DNA from: Rhizodiscina lignyota | Lineage: Eukaryota | Assembly (NCBI GenBank): GCA_010015805.1 | Contig: ML978126.1 | Coordinates: 1,240,001-1,304,000 of the forward strand | Length of the DNA: 64,000 nucleotides | Reading direction: 5' to 3' | Shown here: one piece after another, positions 59,808 through 64,000 of the stretch | Position numbering within the stretch: the first letter of the stretch is position 1 | Layout: each line of letters begins with the position of its first letter | Made by a program: the position numbers and the translations under genes | The notes under the pieces: model-generated | Told to the model about the DNA's origin: nothing | What the model saw: the letters and a program-made list of their open reading frames with translations, nothing else | The model's database searches: none

Positions 59808-62174
59808 ATGGAATCGATCATGGATATGAAAAAAGCTCAAATTTCTCAAAATCGCTCGGGTGTGTCTCCACACGATTTCTCAGGATCCACGAACACGCAT
59901 ACCGACGAGGACTCAGTAACGCGAGGAATCATCATGCTTCGATCCGGAGTGTCTCTCATGGCATGCTATCATTGCAAGAGAAGGAAAATCAAGTGCGATA
60001 AAACTGGACCGCCTTGTGGCACATGCCTTCGCAATGATCAAGATTGTCGATATCCATCGTCGCCATTGAAGCCAGGCCCCAAGCTAGGCAGCCATCGAAT
60101 ACCCAAGACAGACTATGAGAAACGACATCGTCGAGAAAAAGAACATGGCGCCCGGTATGAAAGGGCCCTCTCTGATAAGCCCAGATTTGCTCCACCTGGC
60201 GCGAAGACGAACACGGAACGCAATGAGAGATTGATCCATGTATCTTCTTGGATAATACACAACTTCCACGAGCATCAATGCTACGAAGGAGATCCTCTTA
60301 GTGGCCAGTGGCATCGTTTAGAGTCGACTCCCGATATCTCGATTCATCCAGATAGCCTTAAGGCTAACAATGTTGCGTACATCTGTCATTATCTTCGGAT
60401 AACGAAGAGTTCAGCATGTGAGCTGTAAGTAATGGGGCCTCGATATATCTACAGTGCCAATCCATAAATGACTAAATAATATAGGATCGAACTGTATTTC
60501 AACAACGTGACGAATGTCTCGCTCTTTCATCGACCAACGTTCGACTGTCTCATCTACTCTGGCCTCGCTCCCGATCAAGCCTGCTGCCTGGTCGCCGCTA
60601 TGTTCTCGCATTCTGCAAGATTCTCAGACGAGCATTCGGATACTACAAGACGTTTCTACGACATAGCCTGCGAATCAATAGACAGGCAGCTGCGGAAATG
60701 TGGAAACAAATGCCCACCATTATCCTTGCTCCAAGCGATGATTCTCACAACGTTCTACGAGCTCATAATCAAGGCTGGAGGCATAGCCTGGAGGTCTCTA
60801 GGCGCTTGCATTCGCATTGCCCATGAGATGAGCCTCCATCTCGTAGACGCGAAACAGGAGACAGAAGATGAGTCTTCTGCAACATGGTGCCTTAAAGAGG
60901 AACGTCGGAGAGCATGGTGGGCTGTATGGGAGCTGGAAGTATTCGCAAGCACCATCCGTAGGGCACCATCATCTCTGAACATAAGCGATAATGTTACACT
61001 ACTCCCGATCGATGACGAGTCCTGGTTCAATTCGCGACAACGTCAGTCTTCGTATCTGCTCGAGGACCCCACGAAGAGATGGAAAGCTTTGCAAAGTTCC
61101 GGCAATCCGAGTTCCAAGGCCTGGTATCTCTTGATCAACTCGTTGCTAAACGACGCTCATAATATTAATAATCCGATAGTACCGAAGAGCATGCGTGAAA
61201 GCAGAGCGCAAAAAATGGGAGACGACGAAGAGCTCGATAATGAAGCCAAGCTCAGCACTCTTGAGAACTGCGTTGTTTGCTTTGTCATGGCATTGCCGGG
61301 CCATCTCCGTTTGCGCAGTACTGGTCTGCACCGCGACAGTGATACAACCTATCCTGATTCCAAAGAAGGCTCGAGGAGAATCATCGAAATCATGATTCAG
61401 CTAGCCAGATTCATGATATTCCACCATGGCTGCTGGGACAATCAAACACCCGAGAACACCCCCGTGTGGGCGAAATTCACCTCAGCTGCAGATGCAATCG
61501 TGGGAACCATTAGAGAAGCGTCTCACACCCATATTCAGGCCGTAAATCCGCTTGTAATAAGCACATACTGGATGGTTGCGGCAACGCAGCTGGTCCAAAA
61601 GCAGTTTGCGAGTACGCCGCAAAAGAAGCAACTTGCGCAATCCAATTACGATCTTGTTCGTCTTACCATTGAACAGTGTTGCCAGTTTTGGAAGTCGGAT
61701 GCTATTCTCATATCGAATCTGGATCGACTTGAGCGTAAGCTTGAGGACCACTCCAAGATCATCGCTAGTAAATCGACCAAAGAGGGTGGCGGGGATGATC
61801 GAAAGCTTGCTCGTCTTGATATCGCCAACAAATTACCTGCCGGAAACGCTGTTTTATCTAATTCGCACCTCGTTAGAAGGAGGCTAGGGCATGATTCGAC
61901 AGAAGGCCAGCCAGAACAAGCAGGTGCCTGTGAATCGTCTAGGCCTCGAGATGACTCTCTCTTGGATTCGTTCGATGCTTTCCTCCAGATGGACACAGCC
62001 TTCACTGACGGCGGGTCCTCATTGATGGGCAACCCCAGCGTGTCAGATTTCGACGGTGCTCTGCTGAATCATGAATTTCCCATATCCATGACAGATATCT
62101 TCTCTGGTGCTTGGCAGGACTTTCAAGCAGATGTGGGAGGTTTCCCGGTAGGGGGAGACTTCTTACCAATATGA
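59808..62174 (+). CDS. Zn2Cys6 transcription factor with fungal-specific TF domain
   Basis: CYHCKRRKIKCDKTGPPCGTCLRNDQDC, intron 60425-60484, LFHRPTF, EERRRAWWAVWE. Confidence 0.93.
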
Positions 62175-62215
62175 AGCGTCACCTCCCTCGAGATCCACCT
62201 TGCCCAGTCCAGCTA

Positions 62216-62460
62216 GGGACCCACGCGGGTGACAAAATAGTTAAGCGCGATCAATTGAACGGTCGCAGCAAGGGCAAGTTTTGTTCTTCAGCGCAGGCGA
62301 GAGGATCTCTGAAAGCTCGATTTAATATATACTAGATAGTATGTATCTAGAGCACCCAGCTTTAGTGTGTATACTCTATATTAACGGAGGAGTATATACA
62401 TCTTCGCGTTGAGATATATTACAGCTACGACTCAACTTTTTTGTCACCCACTTGGGGCCC
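62216..62460. mobile_element. MITE-like element (245 bp) with 30-bp imperfect TIRs; best-preserved copy of repeat family 2
   Basis: Left GGGACCCACGCGGGTGACAAAATAGTTAAG versus right reverse complement GGGCCCCAAGTGGGTGACAAAAAAGTTGAG (25/30 identical). The interior is homologous to 51760-51963 and 38505-38703. Confidence 0.7.
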
Positions 62461-62835
62461 AATCAACATGTTCTTCAACTCGCGAAGTGTCAGTTTGGTA
62501 GAGGTCCGTGATACGGGTACTTCTATGCTAAGGCTGAACGAATGCCAGCCGTGTCAGCAAGGGGGATACTCCGTACATGGTGCGTTCTGGTAGCATAATT
62601 GCTGCCGCAAATCACTATTTTCTCACATTCTTTGACACTGAGTTCCTGACGACAACGATTTCCCTCCCCAGGATGCGGTCTTCGACATGCCTTCCCACAA
62701 TCAGCGCGTGCGTATCATTGGCTTCGAAGTTTACGTAGGAGCCATGAATCCTGTCATAACACAATAGTAGGTACAAAGTCCGGCCTTGCCCGGAGACTAT
62801 ATCATCTCAAACTAAATGTCTCAGCACGCATCTGT

Positions 62836-64000
62836 CTATGTCTCTGCACCTAGCCCAAAACTTGGCGTAGTTGGCCGGCTCCTCTCTACTTTCATCAGCG
62901 CAATATTCTCTCTCAGCGCCACGTACTCGCTATCTGCATAGCCTAGTACGCCACTAATCTCAGTGCTGCGCAGCCCTCGTATCCTCTTGATCTCAGCTGC
63001 GGAATAGTTTACAATCGCCCTTGCGACTTCCATCGGCGCTGGCGAGTGTCGCTCATATGCGAACCTTGGAGGCGAATCCGCGCCACTGCCACTCACGTAG
63101 GCAGTACCAATACCACTATTGGTTCGCGAATGTGTTCCTGGTCTCGGCGATGTCGTCCCATCGACTGTAGGACCCAGTGATGAAGAGCCGGGGAGACGCT
63201 TAACGGCGTAGACCCGGACGGCTTCTTGCTGCGCGAAGTTTCCTTCTACGCCGACGATACCAACAGGAAGCAGACCTGCTTTACGCTCCAAGGCGTTTGA
63301 AGCGCCTTCGTCAATGAAGATGCTGCCGTGCGGAGAGAGGCCGTTTAAGATCCAGAAGTTACGATCGCGGATCGGGTGAAGATCTGGGAGGAAGCGTGTG
63401 TGTAGCGGGGCGGAGATGTGGAGAGCCTCGTTTATTAGCGTAGGTGTTGAAGTACCAGATGATTTTACGGCAAGGATTTGTGAGGAGCTGAGAGATGCGG
63501 TCGAGTCCGCCAGAGGCTGAACGTCCCCGTTCCCGGGCTCGAAGGTAGTGGATTGACACGTGTCGGCGTTTAAGCGACTCTGACATTTCAATGTCTCTGC
63601 ATAGTTGATGATTTTCGCAACGTTTCCTGGCTCCGAAGATCGAGTAATGACCGTGGTGACTCCTGCTGCAGTTGCTAGTCTTGCTGCAACAATCTTCGTA
63701 CCCATTCCACCTGTGCCAAGTGCTGAACCAGCGCTCGATACATCGGCTTCTAAGTCAGCTATGTCCTCAACCACCTCAATAGGCTTTGCGTCCGGGTATT
63801 TGCGAGGATTCTTGTCGTACAAGCAGTCTACGTCCGTCATGAGGAACAGGTAGTCCGCCTGGACCATTCCAGCAGTAATGGCCGACAATGTGTCGTTATC
63901 TCCAAACTTGATTTCAGCGACGGAAAGAGTGTCGTTTTCATTCACGATCGGAATGACGCGCATATTGAACAGTTCATGCAGCGTATTCTGCGCATTCAAA
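62836..64000 (-). CDS. PRO1: Glutamate 5-kinase with PUA domain (5' part outside window)
   Basis: IPIVNENDTL, KFGDNDTLSA, LFLMTDVDCLY, LGTGGMGTKIVAA and PUA segment GLLPVGIVGVEGNF. Confidence 0.95.
   Translation of the reverse strand, partial: LNAQNTLHELFNMRVIPIVNENDTLSVAEIKFGDNDTLSAITAGMVQADYLFLMTDVDCLYDKNPRKYPDAKPIEVVEDIADLEADVSSAGSALGTGGMGTKIVAARLATAAGVTTVITRSSEPGNVAKIINYAETLKCQSRLNADTCQSTTFEPGNGDVQPLADSTASLSSSQILAVKSSGTSTPTLINEALHISAPLHTRFLPDLHPIRDRNFWILNGLSPHGSIFIDEGASNALERKAGLLPVGIVGVEGNFAQQEAVRVYAVKRLPGSSSLGPTVDGTTSPRPGTHSRTNSGIGTAYVSGSGADSPPRFAYERHSPAPMEVARAIVNYSAAEIKRIRGLRSTEISGVLGYADSEYVALRENIALMKVERSRPTTPSFGLGAET

Noticed and set aside
1..64000. CRISPR arrays, rRNA, autonomous transposons, PKS/NRPS
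   Set aside because: None seen: no regularly spaced direct repeats, rRNA-conserved blocks, or transposase, RT or synthase motifs.

Overview
Eukaryotic genomic DNA from a filamentous ascomycete (Pezizomycotina, probably a Dothideomycete). It has short GT-AG introns with CTAAC/CTGAC branch sites and Zn2Cys6 and C2H2/fungal-trans transcription factors. About 24 protein-coding genes are supported, two of them truncated by the window ends. The standout is a minus-strand tRNA-Glu(CUC) gene (37315-37501). It carries a normal 14-nt anticodon-loop intron plus two apparent spliceosomal introns of 51 and 50 nt (GTAAG..CTAAC..YAG). Removing all three gives a complete 72-nt cloverleaf, and the gene has a TATA-like element and a T6 terminator. 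A second system is an apparent catabolic cluster (19070-36076): an Asp/Glu-racemase-fold protein lacking both catalytic Cys, an iso-orotate-decarboxylase paralog, a FAD monooxygenase, an MFS transporter, a 5-oxoprolinase, a Zn2Cys6 TF and a carboxylesterase. Three of its promoters share a CGGCAGC/CGG-N10-CCG motif. The window also has two MITE-like families, a divergent pair of BTB paralogs and a candidate structured RNA. All family calls come from reading motifs by eye; no database searches were run.
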